Of a stretch of 64,000 bases of DNA, positions 1 through 13,082 are shown one piece after another. The notes under the pieces were generated by a model. It did no database searches. It saw only the letters and a program-made list of their open reading frames with translations, and was not told the DNA's origin. The translations under genes were made by a program, and so were the position numbers. Positions within the stretch are counted from its first letter, which is position 1. Every line of letters begins with the position of its first letter. The stretch lies in NCBI GenBank assembly GCA_964247055.1, contig OZ176058.1:4092001-4156000 (forward strand), written 5' to 3'. The stretch is from Paragordius varius. Taxonomy: Eukaryota > Animalia > Nematomorpha.

Positions 1-2233
1 TCAAAATATGTTGCCCAATAGCTTTTTAGTATTTCCAACAATCAAATAATTTTTTCAACAATCAAAATATGTTTTCTTTTAACTTTTTAGTGTCTCCAAC
101 AATCAAACATATATTTTCAACAATCAAATAAATTTTCCAACAATAAAAATATGTTGCCCAATAGCTTTTTAGTATTTCCAACAATCAAAATATGTTTTCT
201 TTTAACTTTTTAGTGTTTCCAACAATCAAACATATATTTTCAACAATCAAATAATTTTTACAACAATCAAAATATGTTGCCCAATAGCTTTTTAGTGTTT
301 CCAACAATCAAACATATATTTTCAACAATCAAATAATTTTTCAAACAATCAAAATATGTTTTCTTTAAACTTTTTAGTGTTTCCAACAATAACACATATA
401 TTTTCAACAATCAAATAATTTTTACAACAATCAAAATATGTTGCCCAATAGTTATTTAGTGTTTCCAACAATCAAACATATTTTTTCAACAATCAAATAA
501 TTTTTCGAACAATCAAAATATGTTGCCCCATAGCTTTTTAGTATTTCCAACAATCAAACATATATTTTCAACAATCAAATAATTTTTCCAACAATCAAAA
601 TATGTTGCCCAATAGATTTTTAGTATTTCCAACAATCAAACATATATTTTCAACAATCAAATAATTTTTCCAACAATCAATATGTTTTCTTTTAACTTTT
701 TAGTTTTTCCAACAATCAAACATATATTTTCAACAATCAAATAATTTTTTTAACAATCAAAATATGTTGCCCAATAGCTTTTTAGTATTTCCAACAATCA
801 AATAATTTTTCCAACAATCAAAATATGTTTTCTTTTAACTTTTTAGTGTTTCCAACAATCAAACATATATTTACAACAATCAAATAATTTTTCCAACAAT
901 CAAAATATGTTGCCCAATAGTTTTTTAGTGTTTCCAACAATTAAATTATTTTTTCAACAATCGAATTATGTTGTCTTTTAACTTTTTAGGGTTTCCAACA
1001 ATCAAACATATATTTTCAACAATCAAATAATTTTTTCAACAATCAAATATTTTTTTTAACAATCAAAATATGTTTCCCAATAGTTTTTTAGTGTTTCCAA
1101 CAATCAAACATATTTTTTCAACAATCAAATAATTTTTCAAAAAATAAAAATATGTTGCCCAATAGCTTTTTAGTGTTTCCAACAATCAAACATATATTTT
1201 CAACAATCATATAATTTATTCAACAATCAAATTATGTCGTCTTTACACTATTTAGTGTTTCCAACAATCAAACATATATTTTCAACAATCAAATAATTTT
1301 AACAATCAAAATATGTTTTCTTTTAACTTTTTAGTGTTTCCAACAATCAATCATATATTTTTAACAATCAAATAATTTTTTTAACACTCAAAATATGTTG
1401 CCCAATAGCTTTTTAGTATTTCCAACAATCAAATAATTTTTCCAACACAAAATATGTTTTCTTTTAACTTTTTAGTGTTTCCAACAATCAAACATATATT
1501 TTCAACAATCAAATAATTTTCCAACAATAAATATGTTGCCCAATAGTTTTTTACTGTTTCCAACAATTAAATAATTTTTTCAACAATCAAATTATGTTGT
1601 CTTTTAACTTTTTAGTGTTTCCAACAATCAAACATATATTTTCAACAATCAAATAATTTTTCCAACAATCAAATATGTTGCCCAATAGCTTTTTAGTATT
1701 TCCAACAATCAAACATATATTTTCAACAATCAAATAATTTTTCCAACAATCAAAATATGTTTTCTAATAACTTTTTAGTGTTTCCAACAATCAAACATAT
1801 ATTTTCAACAATCAAATAATTTTTCAAAATCAAAATATGTTGCCCAATAATTTTTAGTGTTTCCAACAATCAAACATATATTTTCAACAATCAAATAATT
1901 TTTCAAACAATCAAAATATGTTGCCCAATAGCTTTTTAATATTTCCAACAATCAAACATATATTTTCAACAATCAAATAATTTTTCCAACAATCAAATTA
2001 TGTTGTCTTTTAACTTTTTAGTGTTTTCAACAATCAATCATATATTTTCAACAATCAAATAATTTCTCCAACAATCAAAATATGATGCCCAATAACTTTT
2101 TAGTGTTTCCAACAATGAAACATATATTTTCAACAATCAAATAATTTTTCAAACAATCAAAATATGTTGCCCAATAGCTTTTTAGTGTTTCCAACAATCA
2201 AACATATATTTTCAACAATCAAATAATTTTTCA

Positions 2234-2315
2234 AACAATCAAAATATGTTGCCCAATAGCTTTTTAGTATTTCCAACAATCAAACATATATTTTCAACAA
2301 TCAAATAATTTTTCC
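2234..2315 (+). repeat. Representative canonical 82-bp monomer (A1 2234-2274, B 2275-2295, C 2296-2315)
   Basis: Read directly: AACAATCAAAATATGTTGCCCAATAGCTTTTTAGTATTTCC-AACAATCAAACATATATTTTC-AACAATCAAATAATTTTTCC (41+21+20). Confidence 0.97.
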
Positions 2316-4723
2316 AACAATCAAAATATGTTGCCCAATAGCTTTTTAGTACTTCCAACAAGCAAATAATTTTTCCAACAATCAAAATATGTTTTCTTTT
2401 AACTTTTTAGTGTTTCCAACAATCAAACATATATTTTCAACAATCAAATAATTTTTTTAACAATCAAAATATGTTGCCCAATAGCTTTTTAGTATTTCCA
2501 ACAATCAAATAATTTTTCCAACAATCAAAATATGTTTTCTTTTAACTTTTTAGTGTTTCCAACAATCAAATATATATATTCAACAATCAAATAATTTTTT
2601 TAACAATCAAAATATGTTGCCCAATAACTTTTTAGTGTTTCCAACAATCAAACATATATTTTCAACAATCAAATAATTTTTCAAACAATCAAAATATGTT
2701 GCCCAATAGCTTTTTAGTATTTCCAACAATCAAACATATATTTTCAACAATCAAATAATTTTTCCAACAATCAAATTATGTTGTATTTTAACTTTTTAGT
2801 GTTTTCAACAATCAATCATATATTTTCAACAATCAAATAATTTCTCCAACAATCAAAATATGATGCCCAATAACTTTTTAGTGTTTCCAACAATGAAACA
2901 TATATTTTCAACAATCAAATAATTTTTTTAACAATCAAAATATGTTGCCCAATAGCTTTTTAGATTTCCAACAATCAAATAATTTTTTCAACAATCAAAA
3001 TATGTTTTCTTTTAACTTTTTAGTGTTTCCAACAATCAAACATATATTTTCAACAATCAAATAAATTTTCCAACAATAAAAATATGTTGCCCAATAGCTT
3101 TTTAGTATTTCCAACAATCAAAATATGTTTTCTTTTAACTTTTTAGTGTTTCCAACAATCAAACATATATTTTCAACAATCAAATAATTTTTACAACAAT
3201 CAAAATATGTTGCCCCATAGCTTTTTAGTGTTACAATCAAACATATATTTTCAACAATCAAATAATTTTTCAAACAATCAAAATATGTTGCCCAATAGCT
3301 TTTTAGTATTTCCAACAATCAAACATATATTTTTAACAATCAAATAATTTTTCCAACAATCAAAATATGTTGCCCAATAGCTTTTTAGTACTTCCAACAA
3401 TCAAATAATTTTTCCAACAATCAAAATATGTTTTCTTTTAACTTTTTAGTGTTTCCAACAATCAAACATATATTTTCAACAATCAAATAATTTTTTTAAC
3501 AATCAAAATATGTTGCCCAATAGCTTTTTAGTATTGCCAACAATCAAATAATTTTCCAACAATCAAAATATGTTTTCTTTTAACTTTTTAGTGTTTCCAA
3601 CAATCAAACATATATTTTCAACAATCAAATAATTTTTTTAACAATCAAAATATGTTGCCCAATAACTTTTTAGTGTTGCCAACAATCAAACATATATTTT
3701 CAACAATCAAATAATTTTTCAAACAATCAAAATATGTTGCCCGATAGCTTTTTAGTATTTCCAACAATCAAACATATATTTTCAACAATCAAATAATTTT
3801 TCCAACAATCAAATTATGTTGTCTTTTAACTTTTTAGTGTTTTCAACAATCAATCATATATTTTCAACAATCAAATAATTTCTCCAACAATCAAAATATG
3901 ATGTCCAATAACTTTTTAGTGTTTCCAACAATGAAACATATATTTTCAACAATCAAATAATTTTTTTAACAATCAAAATATGTTGCCCAATAGCTTTTTA
4001 GTATTTATAACAATCAAATAATTTTTCCAACAATCAAAATATGTTTTCTTTTAACTTTTAGTGTTTCCAACAATCAAACATATATTTTCAACAATCAAAT
4101 AAATTTTGCAACAATCAAAATATGTTGCCCAATAGATTTTTAGTATTTCCAACAATCAAAATATGTTTTCTTTTAACTTTTTAGTGTTTTCAACAATCAA
4201 TCATATATTTTCAACAATCAAATAATTTATCCAACAATCAAAATATGATGCCCAATAACTTTTTAGTGTTTCCAACAATCAAACATATATTTTCAACAAT
4301 CAAATAATTTTTTTAACAATCAAAATATGTTGCCCAATAGCTTTTTAGTATTTCCAACAATCAAATAATTTTTCCAACAATCAAAATATGTTTTCTTTTA
4401 ATTTTTAGTGTTTCCAACAATCAAACATATATTTTCAACAATCAAATAAATTTTCCAACAATAAAAATATGTTGCCCAATAGCTTTATAGTATTTCCAAC
4501 AATCTAAATATGTTTTCTTTTAACTTTTTAGTGTTTCCAACAATCAAACATATATTTTCAACAATCAAATAATTTTTACAACAATTAAAATATGTTGCCC
4601 AATAGCTTTTTAGTGTTTCCAACAATGAAACATATATTTTCAACAATCAAATAATTTTTCAAACAATCAAAATATGTTGCCCAATAGCTTTTTAGTGTTT
4701 CCAACAATCAAACATATATTTTC

Positions 4724-4823
4724 AACAAAATAATTTGCAACAAAATATGATGCCCAATAGCTTTTTAGTGTTTCTAATTTCCAACAATCAAAATTTGATT
4801 TCTTTTAACTTTTTAGTGTTTCC
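4724..4823 (+). repeat. First copy of a recurrent 100-bp variant cassette (shortened C + shortened A1 ending GTTTCTAATTTCC + A4 with AATCAAA-A-TTTGATT palindrome)
   Basis: The same linked variants recur dozens of times, e.g. ~5.8, 10.7, 13.7, 15.9, 18.9, 21.5, 22.7, 25.6, 27.2, 39.3, 41.2, 44.0, 46.2, 51.0, 55.2, 58.2, 60.6 and 62.5 kb. Confidence 0.92.
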
Positions 4824-7800
4824 AACAATCAAACATATATTTTCAACAATCAAATAATTTTCCCAACAATCTTATTATGTTGTCTTTTAACTTTTTATTG
4901 TTTCCAACAATCAAACATATATTTTCAAGAATCAAATAATTTTTCCAACAATCAAAATATGTTCCCCAATAGCTTTTTAGTATTTCCAACAATCAAACAT
5001 ATATTTTCAACAATCAAATAATTTTTCCAACAATCAAATTATGTTGTCTTTTAACTTTTTAGTGTTTCCAACAATCAATCATATATTTTCAACAATCAAA
5101 TAATTTTCCAACAATAAATATGTTGCCCAATAGTTTTTTACTGTTTCCAACAATTAAATAATTTTTTCAACAATCAAATTATGTTGTCTTTTAACTTTTT
5201 AGTGTTTCCAACAATCAAACATATATTTTCAACAATAATTTTTCCAACAATCAAATATGTTGCCCAATAGCTTTTTAATATTTCCAACAATCAAACATAT
5301 ATTTTCAACAATCAAATAATTTTTCCAACAATCAAAATATGTTTTCTTTTAACTTTTTAGTGTTTTCAACAATCAAACATATATTTTCAACAATCAAATA
5401 ATTTTTTTAACAATCAAAATATGTTGCCCAATAAATTTTTAGTGTTGCCAACAATCAAACATATATTTTCAACAATCAAATAATTTTTCAAACAATCAAA
5501 ATATGTTGCCCGATAGCTTTTTAGTATTTCGAACAATCAAACATATATTTTCAACAATCAAATAATTTTTCCAACAATCAAATTATGTTGTCTTTTAACT
5601 TTTTAGTGTTTTCAACAATCAATCATATATTTTCAACAATCAAATAATTTCTCCAACAATCAAAATATGATGCCCAATAACTTTTTAGTGTTTCCAACAA
5701 TGAAACATATATTTTCAACAATCAAATAATTTTTTTAACAATCAAAATATGTTGCCCAATAGCTTTTTAGTGTTTCCAACAATCAAACATATATTTTCAA
5801 CAAAATAATTTCCAACCAAATATGATGCCCAATAGCTTTTTAGTGTTTCTAATTTCCAACAATCAAAATTTGATTTCTTTTAACTTTTTAGTGTTTCCAA
5901 CAATCAAACATATATTTTCAACAATCAAATAATTTTCCCAACAATCTTATTATGTTGCCCAATAACTTTTTAGTGTTTCCAACAATCAAACATATATTTT
6001 CAAGAATCAAATAATTTTTCCAACAATCAAAATATGTTCCACAATAGCTTTTTAGTATTTCCAACAATCAAACATATATTTTCAACAATCAAATAATTTT
6101 TCCAACAATCAAATTATGTTGTCTTTTAACCTTTTAGTGTTTCCAACAATCAATCATATATTTTCAACAATCAAATAATTTTCCAACAATAAATATGTTG
6201 CCCAATAGTTTTTTACTGTTTCCAACAATTAAATAATTTTTTCAACAATCAAATTATGTTGTCTTTTAACTTTTTAGTGTTTCCAACAATCAAACATATA
6301 TTTTCAACAATCAAATAATTTTTCCCACAATCAAATATGTTGCCCAATAGCTTATTAGTATTTCCAACAATCAAACATATATTTTCAACAATCAAATAAT
6401 TTTTCCAACAATCAAAATATGTTTTCTAATAACTTTTTAGTGTTTCCAACAATCAAACATATATTTTCAACAATCAAATAATTTTTCAAACAATCAAAAT
6501 ATGTTGCCCAATAGCTTTTTAGTACTTCCAACAATCAAATAATTTTTCCAACAATCAAAATATGTTTTCTTTTAACTTTTTAGTGTTTCCAACAATCAAA
6601 CATATATTTTCAACAATCAAATAAATTTTCCAACAATCAAAATATGTTGCCCAATAGCTTTTTAGTATTTCCAACAATGAAACATATATTTTCAACAACA
6701 AATAATTTTTCCAACAATCAAAATATGTTTTCTTTTAACTTTTTAGTGTTTCCAACAATCAAACATATATTTTCAACAATCAAATAATTTTTACAACAAT
6801 CAAAATATGTTGCCCAATAGCTTTTTAGTATTTCCAACAATCAAATAATTTTTCCAACAATCAAAATATGTTTTCTTTTAACTTTTTAGTGTTTCCAACA
6901 ATCAAACATATATTTTCAACAATCAAATAAATTTTCCAACAATCAAAATATGTTGCCCAATAGCTTTTTAGTACTTCCAACAATCAAATAATTTTTCCAA
7001 CAATCAAAATATGTTTTCTTTTAACTTTTTAGTGTTTCCAACAATCAAACATATATTTTCAACAATCAAATAATTTTTTTAACAATCAAAATATGTTGCC
7101 CAATAGCTTTTTAGTATTTCCAACAATCAAATAATTTTTCAAAAAATCAAAATATGTTGCCCAATAGCTTTTTAGTGTTTCCAACAATCAAACATATATT
7201 TTCAACAATCATATAATTTATTCAACAATCAAATTATGTCGTCTTTACACTATTTAGTGTTTCCAACAATCAAACATATATTTTCAACAATCAAATAATT
7301 TTAACAATCAAAATATGTTTTCTTTTAACTTTTTAGTGTTTCCAACAATCAATCATATATTTTTAACAATCAAATAATTTTTTTAACACTCAAAATATGT
7401 TGCCCAATAACTTTTTAGTATTTCCAACAATCAAATAATTTTTCCAACACAAAATATGTTTTCTTTTAACTTTTTAGTGTTTCCAACAATCAAACATATA
7501 TTTTCAACAATCAAATAATTTTCCAACAATAAATATGTTGCCCAATAGTTTTTTACTGTTTCCAACAATTAAATAATTTTTTCAACAATCAAATTATGTT
7601 GTCTTTTAACTTTTTAGTGTTTCCAACAATCAAACATATATTTTCAACAATCAAATAATTTTTCCAACAATCAAATATGTTGCCCAATAGCTTTTTAGTA
7701 TTTCCAACAATCAAACATATATTTTCAACAATCAAATAATTTTTCCAACAATCAAAATATGTTTTCTAATAACTTTTTAGTGTTTCCAACAATCAAACAT

Positions 7801-10800
7801 ATATTTTCAACAATCAAATAATTTTTCAAAATCAAAATATGTTGCCCAATAATTTTTAGTGTTTCCAACAATCAAACATATATTTTCAACAATCAAATAA
7901 TTTTTCAAACAATCAAAATATGTTGCCCAATAGCTTTTTAATATTTCCAACAATCAAACATATATTTTCAACAATCAAATAATTTTTCCAACAATCAAAT
8001 TATGTTGTCTTTTAACTTTTTAGTGTTTTCAACAATCAATCATATATTTTCAACAATCAAATAATTTCTCCAACAATCAAAATATGATGCCCAATAACTT
8101 TTTAGTGTTTCCAACAATGAAACATATATTTTCAACAATCAAATAATTTTTCAAACAATCAAAATATGTTGCCCAATAGCTTTTTAGTGTTTCCAACAAT
8201 CAAACATATATTTTCAACAATCAAATAATTTTTCAAACAATCAAAATATGTTGCCCAATAGCTTTTTAGTATTTCCAACAATCAAACATATATTTTCAAC
8301 AATCAAATAATTTTTCCAACAATCAAAATATGTTGCCCAATAGCTTTTTAGTACTTCCAACAAGCAAATAATTTTTCCAACAATCAAAATATGTTTTCTT
8401 TTAACTTTTTAGTGTTTCCAACAATCAAACATATATTTTCAACAATCAAATAATTTTTTTAACAATCAAAATATGTTGCCCAATAGCTTTTTAGTATTTC
8501 CAACAATCAAATAATTTTTCCAACAATCAAAATATGTTTTCTTTTAACTTTTTAGTGTTTCCAACAATCAAACATATATATTCAACAATCAAATAATTTT
8601 TTTAACAATCAAAATATGTTGCCCAATAACTTTTTAGTGTTTCCAACAATCAAACATATATTTTCAACAATCAAATAATTTTTCAAACAATCAAAATATG
8701 TTGCCCAATAGCTTTTTAGTATTTCCAACAATCAAACATATATTTTCAACAATCAAATAATTTTTCCAACAATCAAATTATGTTGTCTTTTAACTTTTTA
8801 GTGTTTTCAACAATCAATCATATATTTTCAACAATCAAATAATTTCTCCAACAATCAAAATATGATGCCCAATAACTTTTTAGTGTTTCCAACAATGAAA
8901 CATATATTTTCAACAATCAAATAATTTTTTTAACAATCAAAATATGTTGCCCAATAGCTTTTTAGATTTCCAACAATCAAATAATTTTTTCAACAATCAA
9001 AATATGTTTTCTTTTAACTTTTTAGTGTTTCCAACAATCAAACATATATTTTCAACAATCAAATAAATTTTCCAACAATAAAAATATGTTGCCCAATAGC
9101 TTTTTAGTATTTCCAACAATCAAAATATGTTTTCTTTTAACTTTTTAGTGTTTCCAACAATCAAACATATATTTTCAACAATCAAATAATTTTTACAACA
9201 ATCAAAATATGTTGCCCCATAGCTTTTTAGTGTTACAATCAAACATATATTTTCAACAATCAAATAATTTTTCAAACAATCAAAATATGTTGCCCAATAG
9301 CTTTTTAGTATTTCCAACAATCAAACATATATTTTTAACAATCAAATAATTTTTCCAACAATCAAAATATGTTGCCCAATAGCTTTTTAGTACTTCCAAC
9401 AATCAAATAATTTTTCCAACAATCAAAATATGTTTTCTTTTAACTTTTTAGTGTTTCCAACAATCAAACATATATTTTCAACAATCAAATAATTTTTTTA
9501 ACAATCAAAATATGTTGCCCAATAGCTTTTTAGTATTGCCAACAATCAAATAATTTTCCAACAATCAAAATATGTTTTCTTTTAACTTTTTAGTGTTTCC
9601 AACAATCAAACATATATTTTCAACAATCAAATAATTTTTTTAACAATCAAAATATGTTGCCCAATAACTTTTTAGTGTTGCCAACAATCAAACATATATT
9701 TTCAACAATCAAATAATTTTTCAAACAATCAAAATATGTTGCCCGATAGCTTTTTAGTATTTCCAACAATCAAACATATATTTTCAACAATCAAATAATT
9801 TTTCCAACAATCAAATTATGTTGTCTTTTAACTTTTTAGTGTTTTCAACAATCAATCATATATTTTCAACAATCAAATAATTTCTCCAACAATCAAAATA
9901 TGATGTCCAATAACTTTTTAGTGTTTCCAACAATGAAACATATATTTTCAACAATCAAATAATTTTTTTAACAATCAAAATATGTTGCCCAATAGCTTTT
10001 TAGTATTTATAACAATCAAATAATTTTTCCAACAATCAAAATATGTTTTCTTTTAACTTTTAGTGTTTCCAACAATCAAACATATATTTTCAACAATCAA
10101 ATAAATTTTGCAACAATCAAAATATGTTGCCCAATAGCTTTTTAGTATTTCCAACAATCAAAATATGTTTTCTTTTAACTTTTTAGTGTTTTCAACAATC
10201 AATCATATATTTTCAACAATCAAATAATTTATCCAACAATCAAAATATGATGCCCAATAACTTTTTAGTGTTTCCAACAATCAAACATATATTTTCAACA
10301 ATCAAATAATTTTTTTAACAATCAAAATATGTTGCCCAATAGCTTTTTAGTATTTCCAACAATCAAATAATTTTTCCAACAATCAAAATATGTTTTCTTT
10401 TAATTTTTAGTGTTTCCAACAATCAAACATATATTTTCAACAATCAAATAAATTTTCCAACAATAAAAATATGTTGCCCAATAGCTTTATAGTATTTCCA
10501 ACAATCTAAATATGTTTTCTTTTAACTTTTTAGTGTTTCCAACAATCAAACATATATTTTCAACAATCAAATAATTTTTACAACAATTAAAATATGTTGC
10601 CCAATAGCTTTTTAGTGTTTCCAACAATGAAACATATATTTTCAACAATCAAATAATTTTTCAAACAATCAAAATATGTTGCCCAATAGCTTTTTAGTGT
10701 TTCCAACAATCAAACATATATTTTCAACAAAATAATTTGCAACAAAATATGATGCCCAATAGCTTTTTAGTGTTTCTAATTTCCAACAATCAAAATTTGA

Positions 10801-13082
10801 TTTCTTTTAACTTTTTAGTGTTTCCAACAATCAAACATATATTTTCAACAATCAAATAATTTTCCCAACAATCTTATTATGTTGTCTTTTAACTTTTTAT
10901 TGTTTCCAACAATCAAACATATATTTTCAAGAATCAAATAATTTTTCCAACAATCAAAATATGTTCCCCAATAGCTTTTTAGTATTTCCAACAATCAAAC
11001 ATATATTTTCAACAATCAAATAATTTTTCTAACAATCAAATTATGTTGTCTTTTAACTTTTTAGTGTTTCCAACAATCAATCATATATTTTCAACAATCA
11101 AATAATTTTCCAACAATAAATATGTTGCCCAATAGTTTTTTACTGTTTCCAACAATTAAATAATTTTTTCAACAATCAAATTATGTTGTCTTTTAACTTT
11201 TTAGTGTTTCCAACAATCAAACATATATTTTCAACAATAATTTTTCCAACAATCAAATATGTTGCCCAATAGCTTTTTAATATTTCCAACAATCAAACAT
11301 ATATTTTCAACAATCAAATAATTTTTCCAACAATCAAAATATGTTTTCTTTTAACTTTTTAGTGTTTTCAACAATCAAACATATATTTTCAACAATCAAA
11401 TAATTTTTTTAACAATCAAAATATGTTGCCCAATAAATTTTTAGTGTTGCCAACAATCAAACATATATTTTCAACAATCAAATAATTTTTCAAACAATCA
11501 AAATATGTTGCCCGATAGCTTTTTAGTATTTCGAACAATCAAACATATATTTTCAACAATCAAATAATTTTTCCAACAATCAAATTATGTTGTCTTTTAA
11601 CTTTTTAGTGTTTTCAACAATCAATCATATATTTTCAACAATCAAATAATTTCTCCAACAATCAAAATATGATGCCCAATAACTTTTTAGTGTTTCCAAC
11701 AATGAAACATATATTTTCAACAATCAAATAATTTTTTTAACAATCAAAATATGTTGCCCAATAGCTTTTTAGTGTTTCCAACAATCAAACATATATTTTC
11801 AACAAAATAATTTCCAACCAAATATGATGCCCAATAGCTTTTTAGTGTTTCTAATTTCCAACAATCAAAATTTGATTTCTTTTAACTTTTTAGTGTTTCC
11901 AACAATCAAACATATATTTTCAACAATCAAATAATTTTCCCAACAATCTTATTATGTTGCCCAATAACTTTTTAGTGTTTCCAACAATCAAACATATATT
12001 TTCAAGAATCAAATAATTTTTCCAACAATCAAAATATGTTCCCCAATAGCTTTTTAGTATTTCCAACAATCAAACATATATTTTCAACAATCAAATAATT
12101 TTTCCAACAATCAAATTATGTTGTCTTTTAACCTTTTAGTGTTTCCAACAATCAATCATATATTTTCAACAATCAAATAATTTTCCAACAATAAATATGT
12201 TGCCCAATAGTTTTTTACTGTTTCCAACAATTAAATAATTTTTTCAACAATCAAATTATGTTGTCTTTTAACTTTTTAGTGTTTCCAACAATCAAACATA
12301 TATTTTCAACAATCAAATAATTTTTCCCACAATCAAATATGTTGCCCAATAGCTTATTAGTATTTCCAACAATCAAACATATATTTTCAACAATCAAATA
12401 ATTTTTCCAACAATCAAAATATGTTTTCTAATAACTTTTTAGTGTTTCCAACAATCAAACATATATTTTCAACAATCAAATAATTTTTCAAACAATCAAA
12501 ATATGTTGCCCAATAGCTTTTTAGTACTTCCAACAATCAAATAATTTTTCCAACAATCAAAATATGTTTTCTTTTAACTTTTTAGTGTTTCCAACAATCA
12601 AACATATATTTTCAACAATCAAATAAATTTTCCAACAATCAAAATATGTTGCCCAATAGCTTTTTAGTATTTCCAACAATGAAACATATATTTTCAACAA
12701 CAAATAATTTTTCCAACAATCAAAATATGTTTTCTTTTAACTTTTTAGTGTTTCCAACAATCAAACATATATTTTCAACAATCAAATAATTTTTACAACA
12801 ATCAAAATATGTTGCCCAATAGCTTTTTAGTATTTCCAACAATCAAATAATTTTTCCAACAATCAAAATATGTTTTCTTTTAACTTTTTAGTGTTTCCAA
12901 CAATCAAACATATATTTTCAACAATCAAATAAATTTTCCAACAATCAAAATATGTTGCCCAATAGCTTTTTAGTACTTCCAACAATCAAATAATTTTTCC
13001 AACAATCAAAATATGTTTTCTTTTAACTTTTTAGTGTTTTCAACAATCAATCATATATTTTCAACAATCAAATAATTTCTCC

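Larger units (their letters stand above)
1120..13039 (+). repeat. Near-identical tandem duplication (HOR), period 6002 bp, ~2 copies (1120-7121; 7122-13039)
   Basis: Rare markers recur at a constant +6002: CAACAATCATATAATTTATT 1201/7203, and identical ORFs at 3118/9120. I found seven substitutions (1146/7148, 1408/7410, 2571/8573, 2785/8787, 4136/10138, 5028/11030, 6041/12043). The match breaks at 7038/13040. Confidence 0.95.

Noticed and set aside
2252-2262. CCAAT box and TATA-like CATATAT as promoter elements
   Set aside because: These short motifs are expected in AT-rich repeats, are repeated hundreds of times, and have no downstream gene or transcript evidence.
3118-3318. 66-aa minus-strand ORF (MLEILKSYWATYFDC...)
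   Set aside because: It lies wholly in satellite monomers. The peptide is just the translated repeat (LIVENICLIV, ATYFDC recurring), and the frame stays open only because of local indels. The 82-bp period is not a multiple of 3, and there is no gene context.
9120-9320. Identical 66-aa minus-strand ORF
   Set aside because: It is a copy of the 3118-3318 ORF produced by the 6002-bp duplication, not independent conservation.
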